From NCBI GenBank assembly GCA_016782485.1, contig JADHYK010000003.1:1-46396 (forward strand): 46,396 nt of DNA, read 5' to 3'. The notes under the pieces were generated by a model, which saw only the letters and a list, made by a program, of their open reading frames with translations, had not been told where the DNA came from and made no database searches. The DNA comes from Candidatus Omnitrophota bacterium. Its GTDB lineage: Bacteria > Omnitrophota > Gorgyraeia > Gygaellales > Profunditerraquicolaceae. Below, one piece after another: positions 1-9,263 of this stretch; position 1 is the stretch's first letter; each line of letters starts with the position of its first letter. The position numbers were made by a program, and so were the translations under genes.

Positions 1-56
1 CCGACGGTGTTATCGGCCCCAGGACTCAAAACGCCTTAAGCGAATACCTGAACTAG
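1..56 (+). CDS. 3' end of a peptidoglycan-binding-domain protein (partial)
   Basis: Frame from position 3 reads DGVIGPRTQNALSEYLN*; DGxxGPxT is the C-terminal motif of PG_binding_1 domains. Only 17 residues are visible. Confidence 0.55.
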   Translation, partial: DGVIGPRTQNALSEYLN

Positions 57-58
57 TT

Positions 59-964
59 ATGTCCGGCAGAAAGTTATTTTTTATTCTGTGTTGTTTGGTT
101 TTTTTTCTGGCCCTTTCTCTGAATTTTCTTTTCGTATATCCCCGGCTAAAGCAGCAAAGGGTCCTGCTTGAGGAAAAAAAGGCCCGCTGGGTGCTTTTAA
201 GGCAGGATTTATTAAGCCAGGCCCGTGATTATAAAGGTAAAAGCGCTATTTTGGTTAAGGATCTGAAGATGAACTGGGAGATATCTTTGAATAAAGACAG
301 GCTTTTCCCTTCGGCCAGCCTGGTGAAAATTCCGATTATGGCGGCGGTTTTTAAAGCGGGACAAAGCGGCAAGATAAATCTGGAGAGCAAGCTAAAGCTA
401 AAGGCCTCTGACAAAGTCCCCGGCTCCGGTGAGTTAAAAAACATGGCGCCGGGCAGCGAATTCACAATAGAAGAGCTGGTAGAGCGCATGATTATCTCCA
501 GCGACAATACAGCTACCAATATGCTTATTGAATTGCTGGGTTTTGGTTTCCTGAACAACTCTTTCAGGGAATTCGGCCTCAAAAAGACCGACCTTGTGCG
601 CAAAATGATGGAGTTCGGCGGCAGGAAAAACGGGGTGGAAAATTATACTACTGCCGAGGACTTAAGCTATATACTGGAAAAGATTTACCGCAATCAGCTT
701 TGTAATACCTTTATTTCCCGGAAGTGCCAGGAGCTTCTGAAGCGGCAAAAGACCAGGGACCGTATCCCTGCCCTGCTGCCCGGCCATATAGTTGTCGCCC
801 ATAAAACGGGGCTGGAGATGAAGGTCTGCCATGATGTCGGGATAGTATATGCCCCGCAGGGCGACTTTTTAATCTGCGCATTGACCAGGGGCGTGGCAAA
901 TAGCCGGATATCCAAAAGATTCATTTCTAATACCGCATTGAAGGTCTATAATTATTACCGTTAG
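59..964 (+). CDS. Class A beta-lactamase-like serine hydrolase (penicillin-binding fold) with N-terminal membrane anchor
   Basis: SxxK (SASLVK), SDN (SSDNTATN) and KTG (HKTGL) motifs in the right order; hydrophobic N-terminus. Confidence 0.88.
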   Translation: MSGRKLFFILCCLVFFLALSLNFLFVYPRLKQQRVLLEEKKARWVLLRQDLLSQARDYKGKSAILVKDLKMNWEISLNKDRLFPSASLVKIPIMAAVFKAGQSGKINLESKLKLKASDKVPGSGELKNMAPGSEFTIEELVERMIISSDNTATNMLIELLGFGFLNNSFREFGLKKTDLVRKMMEFGGRKNGVENYTTAEDLSYILEKIYRNQLCNTFISRKCQELLKRQKTRDRIPALLPGHIVVAHKTGLEMKVCHDVGIVYAPQGDFLICALTRGVANSRISKRFISNTALKVYNYYR

Positions 965-984
965 CAAGGAACAGGAGGAGGCCT

Positions 985-1293
985 ATGTTTATCTTCGCCA
1001 ATCTCATAAACACCGCAGCGTATATTCTGGATATTGCACTGATGATTTTATGGTGGCTGATATTAGTCCGCGCTATAATAAGCTGGGTTAACCCCGATCC
1101 CCGCAATCCCCTGGTGCAGTTTCTATACAAGACTACCGAACCCATACTTTATCCGATCAGGAAGATGCTGCCGGGGAGCTTAAAGTTTGGCATCGATATC
1201 TCGCCGATAATTGCCTTCCTGATAATCATGTTCCTGAAATCGTTTTTAATCAGGACCCTGGTTGATATAAGTTTGAAGTTAAGGGGCCTTTAG
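985..1293 (+). CDS. yggT: YggT family membrane protein
   Basis: RAIISWVNPDPRNPLVQFLYKTTEPILYPIR...IDISPII is the typical YggT signature; GGAGG RBS upstream. Confidence 0.9.
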   Translation: MFIFANLINTAAYILDIALMILWWLILVRAIISWVNPDPRNPLVQFLYKTTEPILYPIRKMLPGSLKFGIDISPIIAFLIIMFLKSFLIRTLVDISLKLRGL

Positions 1294-1333
1294 CCGAAAA
1301 AGGGAATCTGGATATTTAGTGACAAAAATAGGC

Positions 1334-1363
1334 TTGACACGGGTATAAAAGCGTGTATTATAT
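1334..1363 (+). promoter_or_regulatory. Sigma70-type promoter
   Basis: TTGACA at 1334-1339 and TATTAT at 1356-1361, in an AT-rich gap before the 1444 ORF. Confidence 0.5.
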
Positions 1364-1443
1364 GCTTATATATTAATTTCTCTTCCGCAACTCCTTTATT
1401 TAACCAAGACAATTAAAAAAATCAGGAAAACAGGCCAAACGAT

Positions 1444-2694
1444 ATGAAAAAAATTCCACTCTTAATAAAAACTTTTTTAATCTTTTTCATTTTTAACGTA
1501 ATTCCTCTGCCTATAAATGCCCAGAATAGCCACCAGAATGCCTGGCCTATGGCAACCTTTCTTTACGATTATGCAAAAGTGCTTTACGAACGGGGCGATT
1601 TCCTAAACGCCAGGCATGAGTTCAACACGCTATTGATTATCGACCCCAATAATGCCCTGGCAAAGCATTACCTGAAGAAAATGAGCCCGGTTAAAGAATT
1701 GCCACAGGTCAGCGAAAGAAGAAGGCCTGAGGCAGAACCAGGAATCAGGCCTGAGGCAGGACTCAGGGAAGAAAACAGATGGTTGCGGGCTGCCGTAAGC
1801 CAATTCAGGGAGGAGATTGTAGATAAGAGTATGAGGATTGCCAGCCTTAAGAAAGAGAGAGAGGAGGGCGCAGAAGGCGATGCAGCGTCGAGAGAAAAAC
1901 AGATTGACCAGGCATTGTCGGATGCAGAACGCTATGTTTGCCGGATTAATGAATATGCGCAGGAGATTCGCGGCAGGCAGCAGGCGTTCAGGGCTGCTCT
2001 CCAGGAGAAAGAGATCGAGGCCGCCGAGAAGGACCGGCAGCTCGATTCACTCAGAGAGCACCTAAGGCGCCTTGAGGATGAAAACCTGGATAAAAACAGG
2101 CAGATCGCACAGCTGCAGGCATTCAAGGACCTGGAAATAGCAGATTTTAAAGCAAGGGCGGCTGAGGTGAGGGATCTTTTACAGGCGCAGGAGATGGAGA
2201 TTGCCGCATTAAACAGGGAATTAGAACTGCAGCAGCAGGGCATGGATAAGCGGCTGTTGGAGAGGGAGCTGGAACTGGCCGCAAAATATACAGAAATAGA
2301 GAAGCTGAATATCCGCCTGGACGAAACTAATTTGCAGTTAGCTCAGGCAGAAAAGGACAAGCTCGATAACCAACTCTGGATTGAGCAATTACACAATACA
2401 GTTAAACAGCTAGAGGGGGCATCCAGCGATCAATTAGCTAAATACCTGAAAAAATTAAATTCGCTCGAAGATTCCCTGAAGGCAAAGGAAACTGAATTAG
2501 CCCGGTCAAGCAGGGATTTTGATTCGCGCAGCCAGGAATTACAGGGGCAGCTGTCTGCCAAATCTTCCGAGGCAGAAAAACTCAACAGTAAAATTAACGG
2601 CTGCCAGAAGAAGCTGGTCATCCTGGAAAATTCCCTTAAGGTCAAAGCCCGCGAATTAGCCGAATTAAAAAAGAAATTTGATTTGCGCAGATAA
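1444..2694 (+). CDS. Exported protein with one TPR-like motif and a long coiled coil
   Basis: Signal-peptide-like N-terminus; YAKVLYERGDFLNARHEFNTLLIIDPNNALAKHYL is TPR-like; the rest is E/K/Q/L-rich heptad sequence. Confidence 0.7.
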   Translation: MKKIPLLIKTFLIFFIFNVIPLPINAQNSHQNAWPMATFLYDYAKVLYERGDFLNARHEFNTLLIIDPNNALAKHYLKKMSPVKELPQVSERRRPEAEPGIRPEAGLREENRWLRAAVSQFREEIVDKSMRIASLKKEREEGAEGDAASREKQIDQALSDAERYVCRINEYAQEIRGRQQAFRAALQEKEIEAAEKDRQLDSLREHLRRLEDENLDKNRQIAQLQAFKDLEIADFKARAAEVRDLLQAQEMEIAALNRELELQQQGMDKRLLERELELAAKYTEIEKLNIRLDETNLQLAQAEKDKLDNQLWIEQLHNTVKQLEGASSDQLAKYLKKLNSLEDSLKAKETELARSSRDFDSRSQELQGQLSAKSSEAEKLNSKINGCQKKLVILENSLKVKARELAELKKKFDLRR

Positions 2695-2723
2695 GAGTTA
2701 ACCTAACTCCCCCCGGCGCAATC

Positions 2724-2763
2724 AATAGGCCTCAAGAATATTTCTTGAGGCCTATTTGTTTTT
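2724..2763 (+). terminator. Intrinsic terminator
   Basis: Perfect 15-bp inverted repeat AATAGGCCTCAAGAA-tat-TTCTTGAGGCCTATT followed by TGTTTTT; overlaps a possible TTGAGG-17-TATAAT promoter (2745-2773) for the next gene. Confidence 0.7.
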
Positions 2764-2800
2764 AAGGTATAATCTTGCTTGAGTTAAAAAGGGGGTAAAA

Positions 2801-3274
2801 ATGTTAAAAAAGAATGTTTTTTTATTATTTATTTTTTTATCCGTTCTTATCGCCTGCAGGCCCGCCGGTGCAGAGTTGCTTGAGAAAGGACAGAGTTCAG
2901 AGCAGGTGCTTACCTATGACCGGGATGCAGAAGGGGGCAATGTTGCTCAAGAGACCCCTCAGCCATATATGGGCGGCATAGAAGAGTACCCCTATACTAC
3001 CATGCCGGATACCACTCTCAGGGAAGACGCAACCGACGACACCGGGATTCAGGAATACCCTGCGCCTGATGTTACCCTCAGGGAGGACGTATTCGATGAC
3101 AGCGATGTTCAGGAGTCAGCCGGACCTGACACTACCCTCAGAGAGGTTCCGATGACAGAATCAGCCGGCCCGGATACGACCCTCAGGGAAAAGGCGACCG
3201 ACGACAGCGGGGTTCAGGAATCGGCAGAGCCTCCGACCCCGGACATCTTTGCCCCTAAAAAAAAGAGCTATTGA
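2801..3274 (+). CDS. Secreted acidic protein with four PD(T/V)TLRE repeats
   Basis: Signal peptide (MLKK...AGA), GGGGG RBS; repeats start at 3005, 3065, 3125 and 3170 and vary at synonymous positions. Confidence 0.75.
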   Translation: MLKKNVFLLFIFLSVLIACRPAGAELLEKGQSSEQVLTYDRDAEGGNVAQETPQPYMGGIEEYPYTTMPDTTLREDATDDTGIQEYPAPDVTLREDVFDDSDVQESAGPDTTLREVPMTESAGPDTTLREKATDDSGVQESAEPPTPDIFAPKKKSY

Positions 3275-3289
3275 CGGCAAAAGCAATAA

Positions 3290-4030
3290 ATGCTGAATAA
3301 GAAAAGATTTATCGTCCTGCTGGCTGTTCTGATCATCATCTATGCCGCGGGATATTTATTTTTAACTATCGCGCCGCTTCCTGCCTGGCTGGCGGCGATC
3401 TGGCAGAGACCGCTGCCCGATAAGGTTTTTAAAGGGGCGGCCTGGTTCAGGTTTGCAAAGGATGAAGAGCTGCGGGGATGGGAAGAAAAGATTTTTAAAG
3501 GCAGGGTTTTATATACTGTCGTTGGGGATCAAGAAGACGGCTATCTAAGTGCTTACAGCAATAATTCTGCTTCGGGACTCCTCTATTGGTTGAGTTTTGA
3601 CCCCAAGACACATCCAATGGTCAACTGGAGATGGAAGGTGATCAAATTCCCCGATAAGAAAGGGGGTGTAAACCAAGAGGGGGAGTGGGTAGAGAAAGAT
3701 GATTATGCGGCCAGGTTTTACGTTATTTTTCCCAGGTTTCCTTTTACCAGGGTCCAGTGCCTGGAGTACGTCTGGGATAAAGAAATCCCTGAGGGGACGG
3801 TTATCGAAAATGCGCTTTTTTCAAACTTAAAAATAATTGTCGCCGAATCGGGAGAGAAGAACCTGGGGAGATGGGTTCAGGAAGAAAGGAATGTCTACGA
3901 TGATTTCAGGAGAACCTTTGGAAGCAGGCCCGGCAAGGCCGGGGCAATTGCGATTATGACCGATTCGGATAACACGACAAGTACTGCCGAGGCGCAGTAC
4001 GACGACATAAAGGTGGGCTATGAAAAATAA
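3290..4030 (+). CDS. DUF3047-family protein
   Basis: Motifs WRWKV, DDYAARFYVIF, YVWD and IAIMTDSDNT are characteristic of DUF3047; N-terminal anchor. Confidence 0.75.
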   Translation: MLNKKRFIVLLAVLIIIYAAGYLFLTIAPLPAWLAAIWQRPLPDKVFKGAAWFRFAKDEELRGWEEKIFKGRVLYTVVGDQEDGYLSAYSNNSASGLLYWLSFDPKTHPMVNWRWKVIKFPDKKGGVNQEGEWVEKDDYAARFYVIFPRFPFTRVQCLEYVWDKEIPEGTVIENALFSNLKIIVAESGEKNLGRWVQEERNVYDDFRRTFGSRPGKAGAIAIMTDSDNTTSTAEAQYDDIKVGYEK

Positions 4031-4433
4031 TAAAAGAAAAAAGAAATACCTGGGGACTACTCTGCAGAACAAGTTGCTGATTTTAATCTTTGGCTCGGCG
4101 GTTATACCGGCGGCAATTATAGGCATCTGCATGTATTATCTGATTTTTACCCTGATGGCCTTGCAGATGGTAATTCCGGAGTTGATCGTCTATAATTTAG
4201 TGCCGGTATTGCATAAGATCAACGTGATTATCGCCATCGCGGTGCCGGTCATCCTGTTATTGGTATGGTTTATTGCGCTGGAGTTATCGCACCGTATCGT
4301 CGGTCCGGTTTACCGGATGGAGAGGGAGCTCGATGAGAGGATCAGCGGCGCAAAAAGCGGGCCGATTAACCTGCGTAAAAACGACGAATTTAAGGCTTTT
4401 GCGGAGAAGTTAAACCAACTGATTTGCAAGTAA
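4020..4433 (+). CDS. Two-TM membrane protein with HAMP-like C-terminus
   Basis: Two hydrophobic segments followed by SHRIVGPVYRMERELDE...LRKNDEFKAFAEKLN. Confidence 0.65.
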   Translation: MKNNKRKKKYLGTTLQNKLLILIFGSAVIPAAIIGICMYYLIFTLMALQMVIPELIVYNLVPVLHKINVIIAIAVPVILLLVWFIALELSHRIVGPVYRMERELDERISGAKSGPINLRKNDEFKAFAEKLNQLICK

Positions 4434-4801
4434 AAATTTATTACCACCATACAGACGCCGGTGGCGTAGTCTATTACGCCAGATACCTGGAGTTTCTGGA
4501 AGAGGCGCGCACGCTCTTGCTGGCAGAGCGGGGGGTTTCGGTCCGGGAGCTTGCTGAAGGCGGCACTCTTTTTGTGGTTGCCCGCCAGGAGATAGATTAT
4601 AAGTCTCCGGCTTTTTACGCCGATACCCTGCGGATATTAACGCGGCTAAGCAAGTTAGGCACGGCAAGCATGGAGTTTGAATGCGAGATAATAAACCAGC
4701 ATGAGCGGCTTATATCTTTAGCAAAGACAACCCTGGTTTGTGTCGGAAAAGACCTCAAGCCAAGGGCAATCCCCGCCGAGGTGCATAAAAAATTATCGTG
4801 A
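4424..4801 (+). CDS. YbgC/FadM-family acyl-CoA thioesterase
   Basis: IYYHHTDAGGVVYYARYLEFLEEAR hot-dog-fold motif; TTG start overlaps the previous gene. Confidence 0.85.
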   Translation: MQVKIYYHHTDAGGVVYYARYLEFLEEARTLLLAERGVSVRELAEGGTLFVVARQEIDYKSPAFYADTLRILTRLSKLGTASMEFECEIINQHERLISLAKTTLVCVGKDLKPRAIPAEVHKKLS

Positions 4802-5301
4802 TGGATTTAATCAAGGTTATTAAAGCCAGAAGAAGCATACGCGAATATAAAGACCGTCCTATCCCGAAAGAAATCCTCGCCGATTTAATAGATGCGGCCA
4901 GGTTTGCGCCCACTGCCAGAGGGGTCCAGCCGTGGGAGTTTATCGTCATTACCGAAGAGGCTACCCTGAAAAAAATCGCGGGATTGGCCGAAAACGGCCG
5001 CTTTATCGCTTCTGCCAGGGCCTGTATTGCGGTATTTTGCCGCGATACTAAATACTATCTGGAAGACGGCTGTGCCGCTACCCAGAATTTATTGCTTGCG
5101 GCAACCGGATACGGAATAGGCTCCTGTTGGGTGGCCGGGGATAAGAAACCCTATTGCGCCGAGGTCGCCGGGTTATTAAACGTTGCGGATTCATTAAAAC
5201 TGGTCAGCCTGGTTGCCCTGGGTTATCCTGCCGCAGAGGGCAGCTTTAAAGAGGCAGCTAAGAAAGGCCTCGATAAAATAATGCATTGGGAGAAATTCTA
5301 A
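4798..5301 (+). CDS. Nitroreductase family protein
   Basis: RRSIREY, AARFAPTARGVQPWEF and QNLLLAATGYGIGSCWV motifs; the start may be the ATG at 4801. Confidence 0.9.
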   Translation: MMDLIKVIKARRSIREYKDRPIPKEILADLIDAARFAPTARGVQPWEFIVITEEATLKKIAGLAENGRFIASARACIAVFCRDTKYYLEDGCAATQNLLLAATGYGIGSCWVAGDKKPYCAEVAGLLNVADSLKLVSLVALGYPAAEGSFKEAAKKGLDKIMHWEKF

Positions 5302-5304
5302 GAG

Positions 5305-5556
5305 ATGCCCGGGCCTGTCTATAAGAAGAGCTCATTTGTTTTTTTCGGCCAATCCGGATGCCTGCTGGCGCTGGCAATAGCGTTCAATTTAATCTTTGGC
5401 TGGCTGCTCTTGCCGCCGCTTGCCTGGTTATCGCTGGAGGGAATTTTAATCCTCCTCTTCGTTATAAATGCTAAGATATTGATGAGAAAGATCTCCTCTT
5501 TATCTTGCCCGCCCGGGCGGCGTGATGAGGTCATAGACGTAGAGTCAGAGCCCTGA
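5305..5556 (+). CDS. Small hypothetical membrane protein
   Basis: Two hydrophobic segments and a C-terminal VIDVE motif; starts 3 nt after the previous stop. Confidence 0.55.
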   Translation: MPGPVYKKSSFVFFGQSGCLLALAIAFNLIFGWLLLPPLAWLSLEGILILLFVINAKILMRKISSLSCPPGRRDEVIDVESEP

Positions 5557-5616
5557 AAATACGTTTATGGAAAAGGAAAACCGTGTATTTAAAATTTTTA
5601 AGAAAGGATAGCTAAG

Positions 5617-7716
5617 ATGGGTTTTGATTTATTGATACTGGCTCCGGTGGGTTCAATAACCGCGCTTTTATTTGCTGCTTACCTTGCGTTTTTTATTCTT
5701 AGAAAGGATGAGGGCAACGATACGATGAAAGAGATTGCCCGGGCGGTAAGGATAGGGTCAAGGGCGTACCTTAAAAGGCAGTATTTAGGCGTATCTTTAT
5801 TCTTTTTAGTGGTATTTTTTATCCTTCTGGGCCTGGCATTCAGGAATTACCTGGTTATCTTCGTACCCTTTGCCTTCCTTACCGGAGGGTTCTTTTCCGG
5901 CTTATCCGGGTTTATCGGGATGAGTATCGCCACCCAATCCTCCAACCGCACGGCTGCCGCAGCGATAAAAAGCCTGAACTCCGGCCTGCGCGTTGCTTTT
6001 TCAAGCGGAGCGGTGATGGGGATGGTGGTGGTGGGACTGGGGCTGTTGGATTTAAGTATCTGGTATTATTTCCTCGACTGGTATTATTCTTCACACCCTA
6101 TCCCCATAGGGACGGATAAAATTACCGCGATCACCTCTACCATGCTTTGTTTCGGGATGGGCGCCAGTTCGCAGGCCTTATTTGCCAGGGTAGGCGGCGG
6201 TATCTTTACCAAGGCCGCTGATGTGGGCGCGGACCTGGTCGGTAAAATAGAGGCGGGTATCCCGGAGGATGACCCGCGTAACCCCGCGGTAATCGCCGAT
6301 AACGTAGGCGATAACGTGGGAGATGTCGCGGGCATGGGGGCTGACCTTTACGAATCTTATGTAGGTTCTATCGTTGCTACTTCGGCTTTGGGTGTCGCTG
6401 CTGGCTTAGGCGTGTTGGGTGTAACCGTGCCTATGGTTATGGCAGCGGTAGGGGTGGTAGCGTCGATATTGGGGACATTTTTCGTCAGGAGCAGCGAAGA
6501 GGCAAAACAGAATGTTCTCTTAGCCGCTTTAAGAAAGGGTATTTTTATCAGCGCAATGTTAATAGCGGTGGGTGCTTATTTTCTGATTAAATTTACGCTG
6601 GGCCAGCAGCATATCGGGATTTACTGGTCGGTGGTTACCGGATTAATTGCCGGGGTTTTAATCGGGCTGTCTACGGAATATTATACATCAAGCAATTTTA
6701 AGCCTACGCGTTCTATCGCCGATGCCACCCTCACCGGGCCGGCAACCGTAATTATCAGCGGGATGGCAGTAGGGATGATGTCAACGGCCGTGCCGGTGCT
6801 GGTCGTAGGCAGTGCGATATTGTTGAGTTTCTTTTTTGCCGGGGGGACTGCGAATTTTGCGGCCGGCCTTTACGGTATAGGCATCTCTGCGGTAGGCATG
6901 CTTTCTACCTTAGGGATTACCCTGGCAACCGATGCTTATGGCCCGGTTGCCGATAACGCAGGCGGCAATGCCCAGATGGCGCATTTAGCTCCCGAGGTGA
7001 GAAGAAGGACCGATGCCCTGGACTCTTTAGGCAATACTACGGCGGCAACCGGTAAAGGTTTTGCCATCGGTTCGGCGGCGTTAACTGCCCTGGCATTGAT
7101 TGCCGCATACCGTGACCAGGTAGGGCTGCACGGAGGCAATTTAACCTGCAGCTTTATGAATCCGGCGGCCCTGGTAGGTTTATTTATCGGCGGGATGCTG
7201 CCTTTTCTCTTCTGCTCTCTGACCATGCGCGCGGTAGGCAGGGCAGCGGGTAAGATTGTAGTTGAGGTACGCAGGCAGTTTAAGGAGATCAGCGGCTTGA
7301 TGGAAGGAAAGGCAAAGCCGGATTATGCGGCCTGTGTTACTATTGCTACGGTCGCAGCGCAAAAAGAGATGGTTTTGCCTTCACTCCTGGCAATTATATC
7401 GCCTATCGCCATTGGTTTACTTATCGGGGTAGAGGCGGTTGTAGGCCTGTTAATCGGCGCGACAGTCTGCGGTTTTGTCCTGGCGGTGATGATGGCGAAC
7501 TCCGGCGGCGCCTGGGATAATGCCAAGAAATATATAGAAGAAGGCCATTACGGAGGCAAGGGGTCCCTGTCGCACAAGGCAGGTGTGGTGGGTGATACGG
7601 TAGGAGACCCGTTTAAAGACACCTCCGGCCCCAGCCTGAATATCCTGATTAAGCTGATGTCGATGGTCTCTATCGTTTTTGCCGCCTTCATCGTCTCCAA
7701 CTCCCTGCTCAAATAA
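5617..7716 (+). CDS. hppA: Membrane-bound ion-translocating pyrophosphatase, K+-dependent (probably Na+-pumping)
   Basis: [29 protein letters not shown] and [10 protein letters not shown] motifs; GNTTAA (Ala, not Lys) marks K+-dependence; DLYESY is compatible with Na+-PPases. Confidence 0.95.
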   Translation: MGFDLLILAPVGSITALLFAAYLAFFILRKDEGNDTMKEIARAVRIGSRAYLKRQYLGVSLFFLVVFFILLGLAFRNYLVIFVPFAFLTGGFFSGLSGFIGMSIATQSSNRTAAAAIKSLNSGLRVAFSSGAVMGMVVVGLGLLDLSIWYYFLDWYYSSHPIPIGTDKITAITSTMLCFGMGASSQALFARVGGGIFTKAADVGADLVGKIEAGIPEDDPRNPAVIADNVGDNVGDVAGMGADLYESYVGSIVATSALGVAAGLGVLGVTVPMVMAAVGVVASILGTFFVRSSEEAKQNVLLAALRKGIFISAMLIAVGAYFLIKFTLGQQHIGIYWSVVTGLIAGVLIGLSTEYYTSSNFKPTRSIADATLTGPATVIISGMAVGMMSTAVPVLVVGSAILLSFFFAGGTANFAAGLYGIGISAVGMLSTLGITLATDAYGPVADNAGGNAQMAHLAPEVRRRTDALDSLGNTTAATGKGFAIGSAALTALALIAAYRDQVGLHGGNLTCSFMNPAALVGLFIGGMLPFLFCSLTMRAVGRAAGKIVVEVRRQFKEISGLMEGKAKPDYAACVTIATVAAQKEMVLPSLLAIISPIAIGLLIGVEAVVGLLIGATVCGFVLAVMMANSGGAWDNAKKYIEEGHYGGKGSLSHKAGVVGDTVGDPFKDTSGPSLNILIKLMSMVSIVFAAFIVSNSLLK

Positions 7717-7717
7717 A

Positions 7718-7839
7718 GGTTAGGTAGTTAGGTTAAGGTTAGGAAGCCGGTATGGTAGTTTGGTTAGGGTTAGGGTTTTTACATAACCTTAACCCAATTT
7801 TCAATACCGGCGTCTTAACCCTAACCCAATGACCTAACC
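7718..7839. repeat. Long imperfect inverted repeat built from GGTTAG/GGGTTA hexamers
   Basis: GGTTAGGT(7718-25)/ACCTAACC(7832-39), GCCGGTAT(7746-53)/ATACCGGC(7804-11), and inner GGTTAGGGTTA / TAACCTTAACC arms. Confidence 0.85.
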
Positions 7840-7888
7840 CTTTAGTTATAAAGGCATCTTTTTTAAATATAGATTTTTGCTCTTTTGA

Positions 7889-7897
7889 TGTTATAAT
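7889..7897 (+). promoter_or_regulatory. Extended -10 promoter, probably giving a leaderless sigma-factor mRNA
   Basis: TGtTATAAT ends 6 nt before the ATG at 7904; no Shine-Dalgarno sequence. Confidence 0.55.
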
Positions 7898-7903
7898 AAG
7901 ACT

Positions 7904-8509
7904 ATGGACGATTTAGCATTTGTCCAGAGCTGTATCAGGCAGGATCCATTTGCCTGGGATGAATTCGTTGAGAAATATTCACGCCTTATCTACAGTTACA
8001 TCCACAGAGTCTTACATAGCAAGGGTATTGCCGCCTCAGAAAGTTACGCCGGCGATATCTGCCAGGAACTCTTTCATTCCTTAATCAAGGACAATTTTAA
8101 AAAGCTAAAGACCTACCGCGCTAAAAACGGCTGCTCTCTGGCCAGCTGGCTGAGGCAGGTTAGCGTTAATTTTACCATAGATTATACCCGCAGGATAAAG
8201 CCGGCGGTTTCTATGGACCAGGACGAAGAGGGCAGGGGCCCCTTAAAAAATATTCTTGCCGGCGGCGCAGTTTCGGCGCTGGATGCGCTTATCGGCAAAG
8301 AAAAAATTAGCGGCCTGCACGAATGTATCGACAGGCTGGATAACGAAGATAAATATTTTCTGGAATTATACCTGAACCGCGGGATCAAGCCGGAAAAGTT
8401 AAAGAAACATTTTAAAGTCTCGCGCAGCGCCATAGACATGCGCAAGCTCCGGCTGATAGCGCGCCTGCGGGAGTGTTTCAAGAGCAAAGGTTTTGTGTTA
8501 GATTCTTAA
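7904..8509 (+). CDS. ECF-type sigma-70 RNA polymerase sigma factor
   Basis: Region 2 (AWDEFVEKYSRLIY, DICQELF, LASWLRQVSVNFTID) and region 4 (CIDRLDNEDKYFLEL...SAIDMRKLRLIARLRECF). Confidence 0.88.
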   Translation: MDDLAFVQSCIRQDPFAWDEFVEKYSRLIYSYIHRVLHSKGIAASESYAGDICQELFHSLIKDNFKKLKTYRAKNGCSLASWLRQVSVNFTIDYTRRIKPAVSMDQDEEGRGPLKNILAGGAVSALDALIGKEKISGLHECIDRLDNEDKYFLELYLNRGIKPEKLKKHFKVSRSAIDMRKLRLIARLRECFKSKGFVLDS

Positions 8510-8547
8510 TTTTCTTGCGTCTATTATAGTAGGAGAGGAATACGGCG

Positions 8548-9261
8548 ATGACCAATAAATTAGAGGCTTTGATCAAGTCGGTTTATAACAGCTGGCAGGC
8601 CGCTCAAAAACAACAACAGCAGCAGCAGGGCGCGCACCCCGATGAAGAGGCCTTGGCCTGTTTTCTTGAAGGCCGCCTGAGCGAGCAGGAGGGCGAGGCG
8701 ATAAAGGCGCATTTAGTAAGTTGCCGGGATTGCTCTGAGGCCTTCAGCCTGAGCCTGGAGATGGAGAATCTTGAGGAAAGCCAGCTGCCGCAAGGTGCGC
8801 TTACCTATATAAAGGAGCTGCTGGCAGGCGCAGATACGGGTTCTCTATTGGAGATAGTCCTGCAATTTAAAGAGAGGGCGATAGAGATTTTAAGGACCAG
8901 CGGCGATGTGCTTTTCGGCCAGGAGGTGCTGGCGGCTTCGCTTTTACGTGCGCGCAAGATAAAGGATTTCCGGGACGAGGTTATCATCCTGAAAGATTTC
9001 AAAGAGTTAAGGGTCCAGATCAGGGTGGAGAATAAGTCAGGCAGGAGCTTTGACCTGAATATCTCGGTAAAAGATAAAGAAACGCAGAAGGTGATTAAGG
9101 ATTTAAGGGTTACGCTTATCAGGGAGGACCTGGAGCTGGAGTCTTACCTTACCGGCTCAGGAGCGGTAACTTTTGAGCATGTATTATTAGGCAAGTATAA
9201 ACTGGAGATCTCCGGTATCGACGATAAGCTTGCTACGGTATTATTGGATATAAAGAGCTGA
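8548..9261 (+). CDS. Soluble zinc-finger (zf-HC2/ZAS) anti-sigma factor with C-terminal beta-rich domain
   Basis: HPDEEALACFLEGRL...H55-x3-C59-x2-C62; no TM segment; beta-strand-like C-terminus (LRVTLIRE...GAVTFEHVLLGKYKLEI). Confidence 0.82.
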   Translation: MTNKLEALIKSVYNSWQAAQKQQQQQQGAHPDEEALACFLEGRLSEQEGEAIKAHLVSCRDCSEAFSLSLEMENLEESQLPQGALTYIKELLAGADTGSLLEIVLQFKERAIEILRTSGDVLFGQEVLAASLLRARKIKDFRDEVIILKDFKELRVQIRVENKSGRSFDLNISVKDKETQKVIKDLRVTLIREDLELESYLTGSGAVTFEHVLLGKYKLEISGIDDKLATVLLDIKS

Positions 9262-9263
9262 CC

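Noticed and set aside
59-964. Bona fide antibiotic-resistance beta-lactamase
   Set aside because: The SxxK/SDN/KTG motifs are shared with cell-wall serine hydrolases. The membrane anchor, the PG-binding/yggT context and the absence of a clear Glu166 omega-loop motif favour a housekeeping role.
1723-1759. AGGCCTGAGGCAG direct repeat (RPEA x2)
   Set aside because: A short local duplication in a linker, with no wider pattern.
3005-3230. 60-bp periodic repeats as a CRISPR array
   Set aside because: The units vary at synonymous positions, lie within an ORF with a signal peptide, have no unique spacers, and no cas genes are present.
7718-7839. Eukaryotic telomere contamination or a G-quadruplex
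   Set aside because: Only two exact TTAGGG units occur on the left arm, embedded in an inverted repeat between bacterial genes; there are too few GGG runs for a canonical G4.
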